In this document: piece after piece, positions 10,803-21,604 of the stretch
Position numbering within the stretch: position 1 is the stretch's first letter
How the letters are laid out: each line of letters starts with the position of its first letter
DNA from: an uncultured Gemmatimonadales bacterium
GTDB lineage: Bacteria > Gemmatimonadota > Gemmatimonadetes > Gemmatimonadales > Gemmatimonadaceae
Assembly: GCA_963850905.1 (NCBI GenBank)
Contig: CAWKMU010000003.1
Coordinates: forward strand, 3,328,001 to 3,392,000
Length of the DNA stretch: 64,000 nt
Direction of reading: 5' to 3'
The notes under the pieces: generated by a model
The model's input: the letters and a program-made list of their open reading frames with translations, nothing else
What the model was told of the DNA's origin: nothing
Databases searched by the model: none
Translations under genes and position numbers: made by a program

Positions 10803-12200
10803 CTATAGCAAGAACTCTAGGCCGACGCCCTTCTCTGGCTCGGTCGACAGGCGCCCGGACCGTATCGCTCTCTGAAAGGTCTCAAAGTCCCGTTCCGCCT
10901 GATCGGCGTACGCCTGCGCGTACTGCGCCAAGGCGTCGTCGAACTGATCGCTCGATCCCAGGTAGCCGGCAATCATCGCCGCATCGCCAGCCTTGGCATG
11001 CGCCCGCGCCAGGGCCCAGCCGCACAAGGTGGCGTACGCGACGAGCGTGTCGGGCCGGAATGTTTCCACTTCGGCAGAGACCTTCATGTCACGGAACTGC
11101 CGCACGTAGTAATCGTGGTCTTTGGTGCCGGTCCAGCCGAGAAAGATGTCGCTCGCGGCCTGCATGAGGCGTTGGCCGTGCACCACACGCAAGCCCTGGT
11201 GCGTATACTGGCTCTTGCCATGGGGCGATTCCAGCACGGACCTGCGCGCCTCCTTGACTTGCAGGAAGAGCGCATCGTCGTCGTCGGCCATGAGCAACGC
11301 CAGGTAGCAGCGTGTCCCGACGCTGCCCACGCCGACAACCTTGATGGCGCTGTCCTCCCAGTGATAGCGTTCGTACAACTGTCGTCGATCCGTCGGCAGC
11401 GACTTGGTGTACTCATCGATGACTTTCTCGCGTCGCTTGTCGAAATCGTGAGACAATTCACGGAAGTGGTAGATGACCGGCGGGTTATCGGTGATTTGCC
11501 GGTGGCCGTCCACCACCGCCGTGAGCTTGGGAACCACAGCCTCGGATGTCCGTGAGTGGGCCTGCTTTTGTTTCCTGAGTAGTCGCGATCGAAGGTCCGG
11601 ATTCTTCCGGAACTGCTGCCGGAACTGCTCGAGAATGGCGTCGATGCTGAGCTGCGCATACCACGTGTCGAGCACACCCATCTCGGCAAACTCGGACATG
11701 TGCGTCCGGTAAGACGCAGTGGCCGCCCGAACCGCCTCGTCGGCGACTTTTTTCGAGAAGCCACGGTCCCTCGCCGCGAGCACGAAGCTCGCCGCCAGAC
11801 GCTTCACGTCCCACTCCCATGGAGCAGGGAACGTCTCATCGAAATCGTTGATGTCGAATACCAACGTACGCTCGGGAGAGGCGAAGCCGCCAAAGTTGGC
11901 GAGGTGGCAGTCGCCACATGCCTGAACGGTGATCCCCGACACAGGAGTCGTAGCGAGGTCCCGCGCCTGGATGATGGCGGTGCCGCGGAAGAACTTGAAA
12001 GGCGACTCGGCCATCCGCTCATACTTGAGCGGTATCAGGCCAGGAATGCGATCGACGTCCGATTCCTCGAGCAGCTTGATCGGGTCCTGCGACTTGGCTC
12101 GGGGCTTCCATTCGGCCTGCGCGGCGCGCGGACTTTTGTCGCGTAAAGCCTTCCCCTGCTTGCGGCGTTCGAGCTTGGCTGAAGCGACGACGGATGTCAT
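10803..12200 (-). CDS. DUF2252 domain protein
   Basis: RMAESPFKFFRG, CGDCHLANFG, FDINDFDE, KVVGVGSVG, LQVKEA, LARAHA motifs. Confidence 0.9.
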   Translation of the reverse strand: MTSVVASAKLERRKQGKALRDKSPRAAQAEWKPRAKSQDPIKLLEESDVDRIPGLIPLKYERMAESPFKFFRGTAIIQARDLATTPVSGITVQACGDCHLANFGGFASPERTLVFDINDFDETFPAPWEWDVKRLAASFVLAARDRGFSKKVADEAVRAATASYRTHMSEFAEMGVLDTWYAQLSIDAILEQFRQQFRKNPDLRSRLLRKQKQAHSRTSEAVVPKLTAVVDGHRQITDNPPVIYHFRELSHDFDKRREKVIDEYTKSLPTDRRQLYERYHWEDSAIKVVGVGSVGTRCYLALLMADDDDALFLQVKEARRSVLESPHGKSQYTHQGLRVVHGQRLMQAASDIFLGWTGTKDHDYYVRQFRDMKVSAEVETFRPDTLVAYATLCGWALARAHAKAGDAAMIAGYLGSSDQFDDALAQYAQAYADQAERDFETFQRAIRSGRLSTEPEKGVGLEFLL

Positions 12201-13363
12201 TGGGATGTCTGCTCGGGTTTGTAATCGGCGTTTACGGCATCGCGTCGACGGCTGGCAACTTCCAGCCCTGGTCGACTCGTGACTTCCTCGCCCCTATCCG
12301 GATGCATGCGCGCGTTTCTGCAGGCGAGTTCCGCAGGGTGGCGCGCCCGATTGATGCTCCCGACGGGTGTGCTGGCGGCGGTCGAGTTCCGTGTGACATC
12401 GATGTATGTTGCCGCACTCGCAGCCGGCTCGAGGTGCGACTTCGGGAGCAGGGTGAGGCGCCCAACGGTATGGAACGGCGCCTCCGCTTCATTCCACTTC
12501 ACACTCGCGTTCTCGATCCAGAAGTCAGCGTCTCGACGCTTGCCCCAATACGTCATCCGCTCGACGTCGAGGAACTGAACTCCAAAGTCGAAGCCACTCA
12601 TCGTGTCGTCTTCCTGCACGTGCCGGATCAGCTCATCCTGGAGTCCGTTCGGGTCACTCCTTTGCAGAGGATGCGCCGGATTGTCTGCCCAGGGTATGGA
12701 CGAGTACATGACGACGTCGACCGATCCGTGCCGAAACGGTACGGTGCTCCAATAGCGCAGTTGCTGATACGGTCTGATCCGCCGGTGCGACTGCAGTTGG
12801 GCAAGCATGAGGGTCCTCAGCACGCTCAATTTGTCCTTGAACGGCAGCCGCCACAGGCCGGTGAGTTGGTTCGAGGCCGTCATGACCGTCATGATCGCCA
12901 GAAACGCACGGGCGTCGTTGATGGGCAGATTGCGGGCGTTTTGTTGGGAGAAATCCTGCCGGTCAGTGCCGGCTCCGGGGGCGACCGTTCCACCGCGAGT
13001 GAGGTCGACCGAGAAGGACAATGATCGAACGTCAGGCTTGAAGTCGGATTCGACGCTCGAGTCAGAGTTGCCAAACCGGACAGTCGCCGGATAGGTACCA
13101 GGTTTCTGGAAGATGCCCTGCGCGAGCCGCGCGGCGAGAGCGGGGTCGCGACCTCGGGCGACGTCGAGTACTTCGAACGTGGCTCGAACGCTCACACCCT
13201 TGGCGTGCGTACCACGGCGAAGCGGGCGATGCTGTTTGGCCGCAGCTTTGGCCTGCATCACGAGAGATCGCTGGGCGATCTGCTCCACGCGGGCCTGTTC
13301 CGCGGAGAGGTCCCGGTCAGCCTGGCTACCGGTCACGCCGAACCATCGGGTCAAAGCCAGCAC
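12197..13363 (-). CDS. Catalase-related heme protein (short catalase-like domain)
   Basis: RGTHAKG distal His, VRFGN, DVRS, YWSTVPF, GSINRAR; overlaps the DUF2252 start (ATGA). Confidence 0.8.
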   Translation of the reverse strand: MLALTRWFGVTGSQADRDLSAEQARVEQIAQRSLVMQAKAAAKQHRPLRRGTHAKGVSVRATFEVLDVARGRDPALAARLAQGIFQKPGTYPATVRFGNSDSSVESDFKPDVRSLSFSVDLTRGGTVAPGAGTDRQDFSQQNARNLPINDARAFLAIMTVMTASNQLTGLWRLPFKDKLSVLRTLMLAQLQSHRRIRPYQQLRYWSTVPFRHGSVDVVMYSSIPWADNPAHPLQRSDPNGLQDELIRHVQEDDTMSGFDFGVQFLDVERMTYWGKRRDADFWIENASVKWNEAEAPFHTVGRLTLLPKSHLEPAASAATYIDVTRNSTAASTPVGSINRARHPAELACRNARMHPDRGEEVTSRPGLEVASRRRDAVNADYKPEQTSQ

Positions 13364-13397
13364 GACGGTGCCCCCTGATGCGCGCGGGTCGCGGGTC

Positions 13398-14973
13398 TCA
13401 TCCCAGTCGGGAGATGAACCGGATTGCGGTCACACTCGGCAGGAAGCAGTACGCGGCTGCTTTTGTCGACGTGAAACTCGAGAACCCCGTGATCCTGGTG
13501 GGAGGCGCGCCACCCGTCCGCGGGATCACGAAAATGCTCTCGGCTGGATCTTGAGTTCCAATCATCGGGTCCTTCGCTTTGGGAGGGAGCCGAACCGCGC
13601 CGACGAATTCGCTGTCGTTGACCCATTGGCTGAGCACGAACTCGTATTGGTTCTCGATGCTGGAGTTGATGAAGTAGCCGAGGAGCCCGCGCTCGATGCC
13701 GTCATAGGGCTGCGTCGCATCGTAGTACGGCCCGTAGGGCATGCCGCGACGGATGATCCGGTGCGTATTGTTGCTCCCGCCGGGATTGCCCTGACCCGTC
13801 ACCGGCTGGCCCCGTGGATTGATGCGCCGCATGTGCGCACCAATCGGACACCGCAGTCCCTGTGGATCGCCCGACCCATCGGCGTTCACGTACTCGAAGT
13901 TGTTCAGCTGCTCGGGCGACAACCCACCGGGAGGGCTATCGGTTTCCGGCGACAAAGCCAGCGGAACGCCGTTTCTCCACCGTCCACAGATCTTGGCGGC
14001 AAGTAGCTCGGGATCGATCTTGTCTTTGTTCGACTGCAGGAAGTCCTCGAATCCAACAACGTCGGTCTTGATCATTTTGAAGACGGCGAAGCTCCCGTTG
14101 AGGCCGAGCTCTCGAGGCTCTGGCAGGAGATAATTCTCGGCGTCATCCAGCAGCACGAAGAGCCACGGCTCGCACGGCTCTTGGTGATCCGGCGGATATC
14201 GCTCCGGACCGCTGCGGATGGTCGTCACGCTGATGCCGTCGGTGAAGCCGAAGGGAACCTTGGCGGTGGGGACGGGCTTTCCATCGACCGTCTGCAGCCA
14301 TGCCATCCCGTCGACCCGCCACGCCTCCTGAAAGGCACCGCCTTCCACGAACAGCGCAGAGAGTCGGCCGGTATAGCTCGTCATCGCCTCGGGACTCGTC
14401 GCGTGCAGCGTCACCAGGACGTGGTCTTTCCCGGTCCCGAACGGCTCAACCCAATGCTGCGGCGCGCCGGATCCCGTGTCACCAACCAGAATGCGCTCGC
14501 TCCGCAGCGCCCGCGAGGAATGCACCAAACGATTTGAACGACAGCGTCGGGACGCGCTCCTTGACCTCGAGCGCAACCAATCCAGGCCATGTGAGCGCCA
14601 CGTTGAGGCAATAGTCCGGCTTGTGCCGTGGGACATCGGCGGGATTGTCTCCCGGTCCCGGCTCGAACCCGACATGCCAGTCCTCGGCGGTGGTGATCTG
14701 CGGCGCGTCAGACTCGTTACCACTGACAAGCCGGCCGAGCATCTCGCGCGCCTTTGCAGGAACGCCCACCGTGAGCAGAAAATGCCGCACGATCGGCATC
14801 CGATAGCCGCGCAGGATGAACCCCTGGATATCACTCAGGTCAAGCGTGCTCCTGGCGCCGGATCCCGAATCACCGCCTGGGCCCGTTTCGTGGTCGAGTC
14901 GCCCGAAGAGGCGGTGAAAGAACCCCGCGCGTTCTCTCGGTTGTGGCGCGTGCGCCTTGGTGTCCGGGCTCAC
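13398..14973 (-). CDS. Large DyP-type peroxidase with apparent frameshift near 14490
   Basis: LSDIQG in ORF 14479-15021; GFTDGIS (GXXDG), GAHMRRINPR and IIRRGMPYG in ORF 13398-14834; GTG 14973 with GGAGAGG. Confidence 0.85.
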
Positions 14974-15004
14974 CGACCTCTCCCACCTAATCGTCGTCTG
15001 GCGA

Positions 15005-15898
15005 CTACGCCCGGAGCTCACGATCGGGGGGCGCCTTCGGGGCCGGTCGCTCGGGCCGAGCCGGCGGTGTTTGGCTCTCGGCGATCAAGGCGTGGATGTC
15101 CTGAACCGAAAGCCCTGGATATGCCTGATAGAATCCGATCGGCGTACGGCTCGCCCCTGCCGCAAAGTCAATGAACTCCTGGAGATGCTTCGCGCACGGT
15201 GAGGGCGGGGGGTTTTTGGTGAATTTGAAGATGAGATCGAAGGTGTGTCCGATATTCCGGGTAAAGTCGGCAATGTATTTGTCAAAGGAGCCGTCGTAGA
15301 CCGTAAAGAACCCAATCTGGTGGTCCTCGAGCGGCACAAATTGGGCGAAATGCGGCGTGCCTACCGTGGCCAGGTCTTTCTGTGTCCCGTGACTCCTCGC
15401 GCGCAGGAGCAGTTGTATCTCCACAAACGCAAGGTGTGATTTGATAGGGAGGATGACGAGGAATGGAAGCAGCTTGCCTGCGCCGGTGACGCCCGCGGCT
15501 GATGCCATAGCCTTGATCTCTTTGACCGTCACGTCCGGGTACGCACTGTAGACAGTCAGTGGATGCACGACGTGGTCGGCTGCCCAGGCGACGAACGCGT
15601 CCGCGTTTTTGGCGACCGGAGTGGGCGGCGCACTGCCCACGTGCGAGAAGATGGCGTCGAACACCGGTCCGGCGAGCCTGGCAAGATCGGCCATGAGCGG
15701 AGCGAGCTCGCCGTCGAAGTCGGCGAGGAACAGCAGAGTCTTGTCGCTCAGTACCGTGAAGCGCGAGTAGTGGATCGTGCCAACGGTGTCAGCCGCCTGA
15801 ACAAGCACCGGCATCATCGGTGGAAGCTCGTCCGCCAACGCTTTTGCGTCCGCGGGGGACTTCAGGGGAAAGCTGAGGGTAACGTGGTTCTGGCTCAT
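15005..15898 (-). CDS. Uncharacterised two-repeat protein upstream of DyP
   Basis: Internal duplication GTIHYSRF...FDG...YSAYPDVTVKEI / GTPHFAQF...YDG...YQAYPGLSVQDI; GGAGA RBS before ATG 15898. Confidence 0.8.
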   Translation of the reverse strand: MSQNHVTLSFPLKSPADAKALADELPPMMPVLVQAADTVGTIHYSRFTVLSDKTLLFLADFDGELAPLMADLARLAGPVFDAIFSHVGSAPPTPVAKNADAFVAWAADHVVHPLTVYSAYPDVTVKEIKAMASAAGVTGAGKLLPFLVILPIKSHLAFVEIQLLLRARSHGTQKDLATVGTPHFAQFVPLEDHQIGFFTVYDGSFDKYIADFTRNIGHTFDLIFKFTKNPPPSPCAKHLQEFIDFAAGASRTPIGFYQAYPGLSVQDIHALIAESQTPPARPERPAPKAPPDRELRA

Positions 15899-16787
15899 CA
15901 GCGTTTTCTCCGACGATCTCCAAGAGAAGCACGCCGACGGGTGCGTGCAGGGGCCTCGCGCGCCGCACCCTCTGCGCCACAAGCCACCGCCGACCTGTGG
16001 GTATCCGAAGAGGCCGATCGTCGAGGCAGCATCATCTGCATGCTCGACTGCAGACGGCCTCGTCGTGCGACCAGCGTGAACGCATCACTGCACGGCGCGC
16101 GCCACGTCTCGAGCGTCGAGGTACCGGCTGCATCGAGCACGACCGTCGCTTCGGCCCCCGCGCCTGTGTACCGGCGGCGCCGAGGACGTCTCGGGGGATG
16201 CCCACCGGTTCGTCGCAGCCGCCCGCGTCGCGACACCTTCGCGGCGTATGACCGCGTCGGGCCTGCCAGAGTCATACGCTGCACCAAATCGCGACCCTTC
16301 GACTGCAAATGTGACGGCGTTCGGGGCCCTTCGTCGCCAAGGGAGGCCCCTTACCACTGAGATCTCGAAATGGTCCTGGATATCGCCGTTGTCGCCGTCC
16401 TCGTCCTGTGTGCCTATCAGCTCGGAGCGATCAGGGGGCGGCGCGGAGAATCTCAATGGTGGACGGGCGCGGTCTACGCAGCCGGCCGCGGGAAGCTCGA
16501 ATGCGTTGCAGGCCTACATCGCGGCGCGGAATCCGCGCGCACCCGAGCCCCACGAATGCCCGGACGAGCTGGCTCGCCATCTCCTCCTGCCACACGTCGG
16601 GGACCGGGGCAGGCCGATTGTGCTCCCCGCCGACTGGGCCGTGCCGGTTGGTGAGTCAGCGGCGAAACCGGCGAGTCACACCAGCGCAGCAGCACCGGAT
16701 GCGATGCGAGCGCCGGATCGGGACGTCGTGCCGCTCACTGCGGGCACTCAGAAACGAGAGAAGGCCGGATAGCCGCACGTCCACGCG

Positions 16788-18836
16788 TCAGCGCGGAAAG
16801 GCCTCGGGGAGGCCCCCATCGACCGTGATGATGTCGCCCGTGGTGTAGCGGAACCGGTCGCTCGCCAATAGCGTTGCGAGATCGGCCACTGTCTCGGCCG
16901 GAATGAGCGACACTCCCATGACGTTCCGCCGCCGGTAGGCTTCGAGTTGCTCCTCGACGGACACACCACGCGTCGCGGCGCGCTCCGCGACGAACCGCAT
17001 GAACATCGGCGTGTCGATCTGGTCGGCGTTAATCGCGTTGACGCGAATGCGGTCCGCTCCCAGCTCGACGGCAGCGACACGCATAGCCTGGAGGAGGGCA
17101 GCTTTGCTCCCTGCGTACGCCACCGCGTCGCGACCCGGCGTGAGCGCCGCCTTCGAGACCGAGCACACGATCGAGCCGCCCAGCCGCTGGCGCCGCATCA
17201 CTGCCCCGGCGCCCCCCATCGCCAATACGGCGCCGACGTAGTGCACGTCGAGCTGTCGCTGCAGGTCCTCCCGGCGAATGCTCGTCACATCCGCGAACCG
17301 CGGCGCCTGGCCCGCCGTATAGAACAGGCAATCGAGTCCACCAAATTCGAGCACGGCCCGCCGAATGAGATCGGCGAGGCTCGCATCGTCGCGCACGTCG
17401 ACGCCGGCGCTCACCGCACGCCCCGGGTAGGACGCGTTGAGCTCGGCCGACACCGCGTCGACGGCCGCACGATCGAGATCGGCGACGACCACGTGCGCGC
17501 CCTGCTCCACGAAGCGCCGGGCAGCGGCTTTCCCGATGCCGCTGCCCGCCCCGATCACCGCTGCGATGTGTCGTGGGAGCAGCAACGTCCCGCGTTCGCG
17601 GGCGTCCTGCTCGTCGATCTTCCGACGCTCGAGCGGCCAGTGTTCGAACTCAAACACCTCGCCCTCGGCGATGAACCGGAACTCGTCGATGGCTTCCGCA
17701 TTCGTAATGGCCTCGAGGACTGCCCGATAACACAGGTTTGCGGTCACGGCGCCCCGCTTGTCCCGGGCCGCGGTGATCATCCCCAGCCCGGGCACGAGTA
17801 CCACCTTGGCCCAGTCGTCCAGAGGCCTCTGCTCGACGCCAGCGTGCCGCCGGTGATAGGCCTCGTATTCCGCATGTTGCGCGGCAAGCTGTGACCGAGC
17901 CGCGTCCGCGACGGCATCCGGCGATCCTGACAGGTCCAGGTCCAGCCACGCGGGTTGCCGCCCCGCGCGCAAAATGTGTTCAGGCGTCGCGACGCCGCGG
18001 CCGGTGAGCGCAGACATATGGGGTACGGCGAGCGCGGCCAGCACATCCTCGCCGTCATCGAAGTGCAGGACCACGCGACTCGCCGATCCGAGCGTGCCGC
18101 GCACGACGGGCAGCAGAAGCTCGGCCGACCGACTCCGCAGATCAGGCGCAGCGAGAGCAGGGGATGACCGCGCGCGCCTCTTGGTCGAGAGGAAATCTTC
18201 GATGACGTTGACGGCACGAATGAGCCGCGCGTAGCAGTCGCGCGGAGTGTCCGCCCAGACGACCAGCCCATGGTGGGCCAATGCGAGGCCGATCGCCCCG
18301 GCAGGAATCCGGTCGACCATGTGGCTTACCGCTTGCGCCAGCGGGAAGCCCGGGCGCACATACGGCACGTACACGATCTCACCCGCGAAAAGATCGGCAA
18401 CGAGCCCCTCCGCGACCGCGTCGCGCACGTTGGTCAAGCTCATTGTGGCGACGTCGTGCGTGTGCGCGATGACGCGGTGGGGAAGCAGCGAGTGGAGCGG
18501 TGTCTCGACGCTCGGCGCCGGCGCGTCCGACTGCAGTGCGCAGCTGGCCATGAACCGCATCATCTCCGCATCGTCCATCGATTCGGCGCTGCGAAGCGCC
18601 GCAAGCGCGGGGATCGACAAGCGCGTGAATCCGTTTCGCTTGATCGTGCGCAGATCGGTGCCGCTGCCCTTGACCAGCAACTCGGTGCCGATCTTGATCG
18701 ACGTGTTCCCGCCGCCTGGCTGCACGAGTCGTGGCTCGCGACCAACCAGGTGCGAGAGGTAGATGAGCTGATCCAGCTCGTCGGCCTGGGAAGCGAGTCC
18801 GCTCGCCGTGGCCCACTGATCGTCAATGCGCGGCAT
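16788..18836 (-). CDS. Bifunctional class II aldolase / SDR (rhamnulose-1-phosphate aldolase-dehydrogenase type)
   Basis: GGGNTS.K, KGSG.DL, PSVETPLH, HTH, HHG in the N-terminal part; E.W.LE linker; GAGSGIG and YAGSK in the SDR part. Confidence 0.85.
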   Translation of the reverse strand: MPRIDDQWATASGLASQADELDQLIYLSHLVGREPRLVQPGGGNTSIKIGTELLVKGSGTDLRTIKRNGFTRLSIPALAALRSAESMDDAEMMRFMASCALQSDAPAPSVETPLHSLLPHRVIAHTHDVATMSLTNVRDAVAEGLVADLFAGEIVYVPYVRPGFPLAQAVSHMVDRIPAGAIGLALAHHGLVVWADTPRDCYARLIRAVNVIEDFLSTKRRARSSPALAAPDLRSRSAELLLPVVRGTLGSASRVVLHFDDGEDVLAALAVPHMSALTGRGVATPEHILRAGRQPAWLDLDLSGSPDAVADAARSQLAAQHAEYEAYHRRHAGVEQRPLDDWAKVVLVPGLGMITAARDKRGAVTANLCYRAVLEAITNAEAIDEFRFIAEGEVFEFEHWPLERRKIDEQDARERGTLLLPRHIAAVIGAGSGIGKAAARRFVEQGAHVVVADLDRAAVDAVSAELNASYPGRAVSAGVDVRDDASLADLIRRAVLEFGGLDCLFYTAGQAPRFADVTSIRREDLQRQLDVHYVGAVLAMGGAGAVMRRQRLGGSIVCSVSKAALTPGRDAVAYAGSKAALLQAMRVAAVELGADRIRVNAINADQIDTPMFMRFVAERAATRGVSVEEQLEAYRRRNVMGVSLIPAETVADLATLLASDRFRYTTGDIITVDGGLPEAFPR

Positions 18837-18901
18837 GCGCCAAGTTATCGCGACTCACTGTCACATGCACCACGTCGCGCGCCCCGCCTCCGCGACCTCC
18901 G

Positions 18902-18917
18902 CGCGTCACCGGAAGGC
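18902..18917. repeat. Left target-site duplication (16 bp)
   Basis: CGCGTCACCGGAAGGC, identical to 20525-20540. Confidence 0.9.
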
Positions 18918-20524
18918 TGTTGTGAGTCAGTGATAATGTCCCCTGGTGGCGTCAATAGAACTGTCCCCTAACGTCTGCTCCTCCTCACGGAGGGGCAGGT
19001 GGAGCGGACAGCGATGAGCAGTCGAGAATTCAAGCGGGGGACCGTACTGGCGCGCGTGCGGGTGGGTGATGTGCCGCTGGTTGAAGCCGCCCGGATGCTG
19101 GATCTGTCGTACCGCCAGGCGAAGCGTCTCTACGCGCGCTACAAGCGGGGTGGGGCGAAGGCGCTGGTCCATGGCAATGCGCACCGGCGCTCGAATCACG
19201 CGCGCCCGATCCAGGAGCAGGAGCGCGTCGTCGCGCTCGTGCGGACGCACTATAGCGGCGGGGCCGCCAAAGGGCCGCACCAGCGGTTTGGTCCCACGTT
19301 GGCGGCCGAGCATTTATGGGAGGACCATGGCATCCTGGTGCCGGTGCCGACGCTGCGCCGCTGGATGCGCGCGGCCGAGCTCTGGAGTCCAGTCCGGCGC
19401 CACACGCGCGTCTTTCGCCGCCGGGAGCGTCGGGCGCATTTCGGCGAGCTCGTGCAGCTCGACGGCAGCTTTCACGACTGGCTCGAAGGGCGCGGGCCCG
19501 GCGGGTCGGCGGCGGGCTGCCTCATGACGCTCATCGACGATGCGACGGGGACGACCCTCGGTCGGTTCCGCGACCAGGAAACGACGTGGGGGGCGGCCGG
19601 TGTGCTTCACGCCTGGATCGCGGCGTACGGCGTGCCGCGCGCCCTGTACGTGGATGCCGAAGAGTCTCTACGTGCCGCTCCCGACGGCGATGGAGAAGGC
19701 GCGGGGTGGCGTGGTCACCACGCAGTTCGGGCGGATGTGCGCCAAGCTGGGCATCGAGCTCATCGTGGCCAAGACGCCGCAAGCCAAAGGGCGCGTCGAG
19801 CGCATCCACGGGACGAATCAGGACCGGCTCATCAAAAAGCTCCGGCTCCAAGCGATCACCACGTACGCGGCGGCGAATACCTATCTCGAGACGCGCTATC
19901 TGGCGGCGCACAATCGGCGCTTCGCCGTGCGCGCGCAGAGTCCCGTGGATTACCACACGCGCCGGGATCCGCACCTGAGCGATCGGGATGTCTACTGTCT
20001 CGAAACGACCCGGGTGCTCGGCCGCGATTGGGTGGTGCGCCACGAGCGCCAATGCTACCAAGTGCTCGCCCGCGGCGCCGCGCGACGTTACTGCGCTCCT
20101 GGAAGCCGCCTGCTCTTGCGTGAGACGGAAGATGGGATGGTCCGCCTCCTCGTGCGCGCGATCGACGGGCGGGAGTACGCGCTCGACTGGGAGCCGGCGC
20201 CGCTCGGCCCGAGCGTCGCGTCCTCCTCGGTCCCCGCGCCACTCCCGACCGACCCTGCGCCGACACCGGCTCGCGCGGGCCGCTCCGCACCCACGCCGGC
20301 GCAACTTGCTCATCGCGCGCGCCTGCGGGCCCAGGAGGAGGCACACATGGCGCAGCGCCGCGGCTTGCAGACGTACAACGCGCAACGCCGGGCTGCTGCA
20401 TTGGCTCGGGCCGGGGACGCGTGACCCCCGGCGAGTAATCCAGAACGCACCAATGAAACTCTCTCACACCAAGGGGACATTTCTATTGAACTGAAACAGG
20501 GGACATTTCTATTGAACATTGACA
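18918..20524 (+). mobile_element. Complete insertion sequence, IS1202-family-like (formerly ISNCY), 1607 bp
   Basis: Ends TGT...ACA; two 18-bp subterminal motifs per end (consensus TCAATAGAAATGTCCCCT); flanked by 16-bp direct repeat CGCGTCACCGGAAGGC. Confidence 0.9.
18999..20424 (+). CDS. DDE transposase (integrase core) with apparent frameshift near 19658
   Basis: N-terminal HTH; FGELVQLDGS.HDW, IDDAT, ALYVD in ORF 18999-20123; KGRVER..GTNQDRL in ORF 19540-20424. Confidence 0.9.
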
Positions 20525-20540
20525 CGCGTCACCGGAAGGC
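20525..20540. repeat. Right target-site duplication (16 bp)
   Basis: CGCGTCACCGGAAGGC, identical to 18902-18917. Confidence 0.9.
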
Positions 20541-20636
20541 TGGCCCTTTCGCAACGCCGACCGTACTGTTGTCCGTCGCGCCGCGGTCGCATCGCGCTGA
20601 CCGAGTGTCTCATCGAGTTCCGCGAGGAGGTGTCCG

Positions 20637-21221
20637 GTGTCACGTTGGACCGCGGGCCGGCGGACCAGGACGCAGATGACGCATGCGCTCGCGTTCGCCC
20701 TCATCGCCGGCCCTCTTGTCGCCCAGCAGCCGGTAGCGAACACCATGTCGGTCGAGCCCGGGACTCGTATCCGGGCGTGGGGATCTGCGAGTACGCTGCC
20801 CGTCACGGGCACGCTCGTTTCCACCTCCGGCTCGTCGCTCCGGATCGCGCATGACCGAGACACCGCCGACGTGCAGAATGTCACGCGCATCCAGGTCGTG
20901 AACGGACGGCGCGGTCACGCTCTCGCCGGCGCCCTCGTTGGCGCCGTCGCCGTCGGCGGCACCTTGGCGATCGCAGGCGCGGCATCGTGCCCGAGCAACA
21001 ACTGCATTCCAGGAGCTGGGGTGGCCGCGGGCATCCTCGGCGTGGGCGGCGCGGCCGTGGGAGCCCTCGTCGGCGGCATCGTCGGCGCGGTGATACACAC
21101 TGACCGGTGGCAGGATGTGCCACTCACGCGCGCGGCCTCCCGCGTCAATCTGCGGCTCGTGCCGAGCGGCCTCCGCGGACGACCAGGCCTCGCCGCTGCA
21201 ATCGGAGTCGGCATCGGCTGA
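20637..21221 (+). CDS. Hypothetical exported/membrane protein with glycine-zipper segments
   Basis: GAGGAGG RBS; signal-like N-terminus; GALVG..GG repeats and a C-X4-C pair; alternative ATG at 20676. Confidence 0.65.
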   Translation: MSRWTAGRRTRTQMTHALAFALIAGPLVAQQPVANTMSVEPGTRIRAWGSASTLPVTGTLVSTSGSSLRIAHDRDTADVQNVTRIQVVNGRRGHALAGALVGAVAVGGTLAIAGAASCPSNNCIPGAGVAAGILGVGGAAVGALVGGIVGAVIHTDRWQDVPLTRAASRVNLRLVPSGLRGRPGLAAAIGVGIG

Positions 21222-21604
21222 CCACTTCGTCGGCCGGAAACACACTCGATGGCAGGGGTGGCCAGCCCCTGAAGGGACCGTCAGCCGCCGCGGCGGAAAC
21301 CATCGACGCGGCCCGCGGCACCAAAGCACATGCGCCCGCGCAGCACTCGGCGCCGGATGGCGGCCCCACACGACGTTCGGCAGCGGAACCACCGCGCCCG
21401 CCACTGACGATCGCACGCGGCAATCGAGGCGGACGGCTGGCGTCGCCGAGTGGCCTCACCCAACGCGGGCAAGGGACCGATGATAGGACTTTGGACGACC
21501 TACTACTCCCCATGGCCCGTTACTACAATGCCCAATAAGGGTATTGAGGCGCTGAACAACGGTAGAGCAGGGCGCGGCCCTGAGTACGCGCTTCGGCAAC
21601 TCGT

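Noticed and set aside
15900..16772. Possible small genes such as 16370-16654 (hydrophobic N-terminus) and 16248-16772
   Set aside because: Could be one frameshifted gene, but there is no recognisable motif or clear RBS to support a call
19640..19680. Programmed ribosomal frameshift in the transposase
   Set aside because: No slippery heptamer at the junction, and similar indels occur in unrelated genes
20472..20515. CRISPR-like direct repeats
   Set aside because: Only two copies 8 bp apart; they are IS end motifs, and no cas genes or arrays are seen in the window
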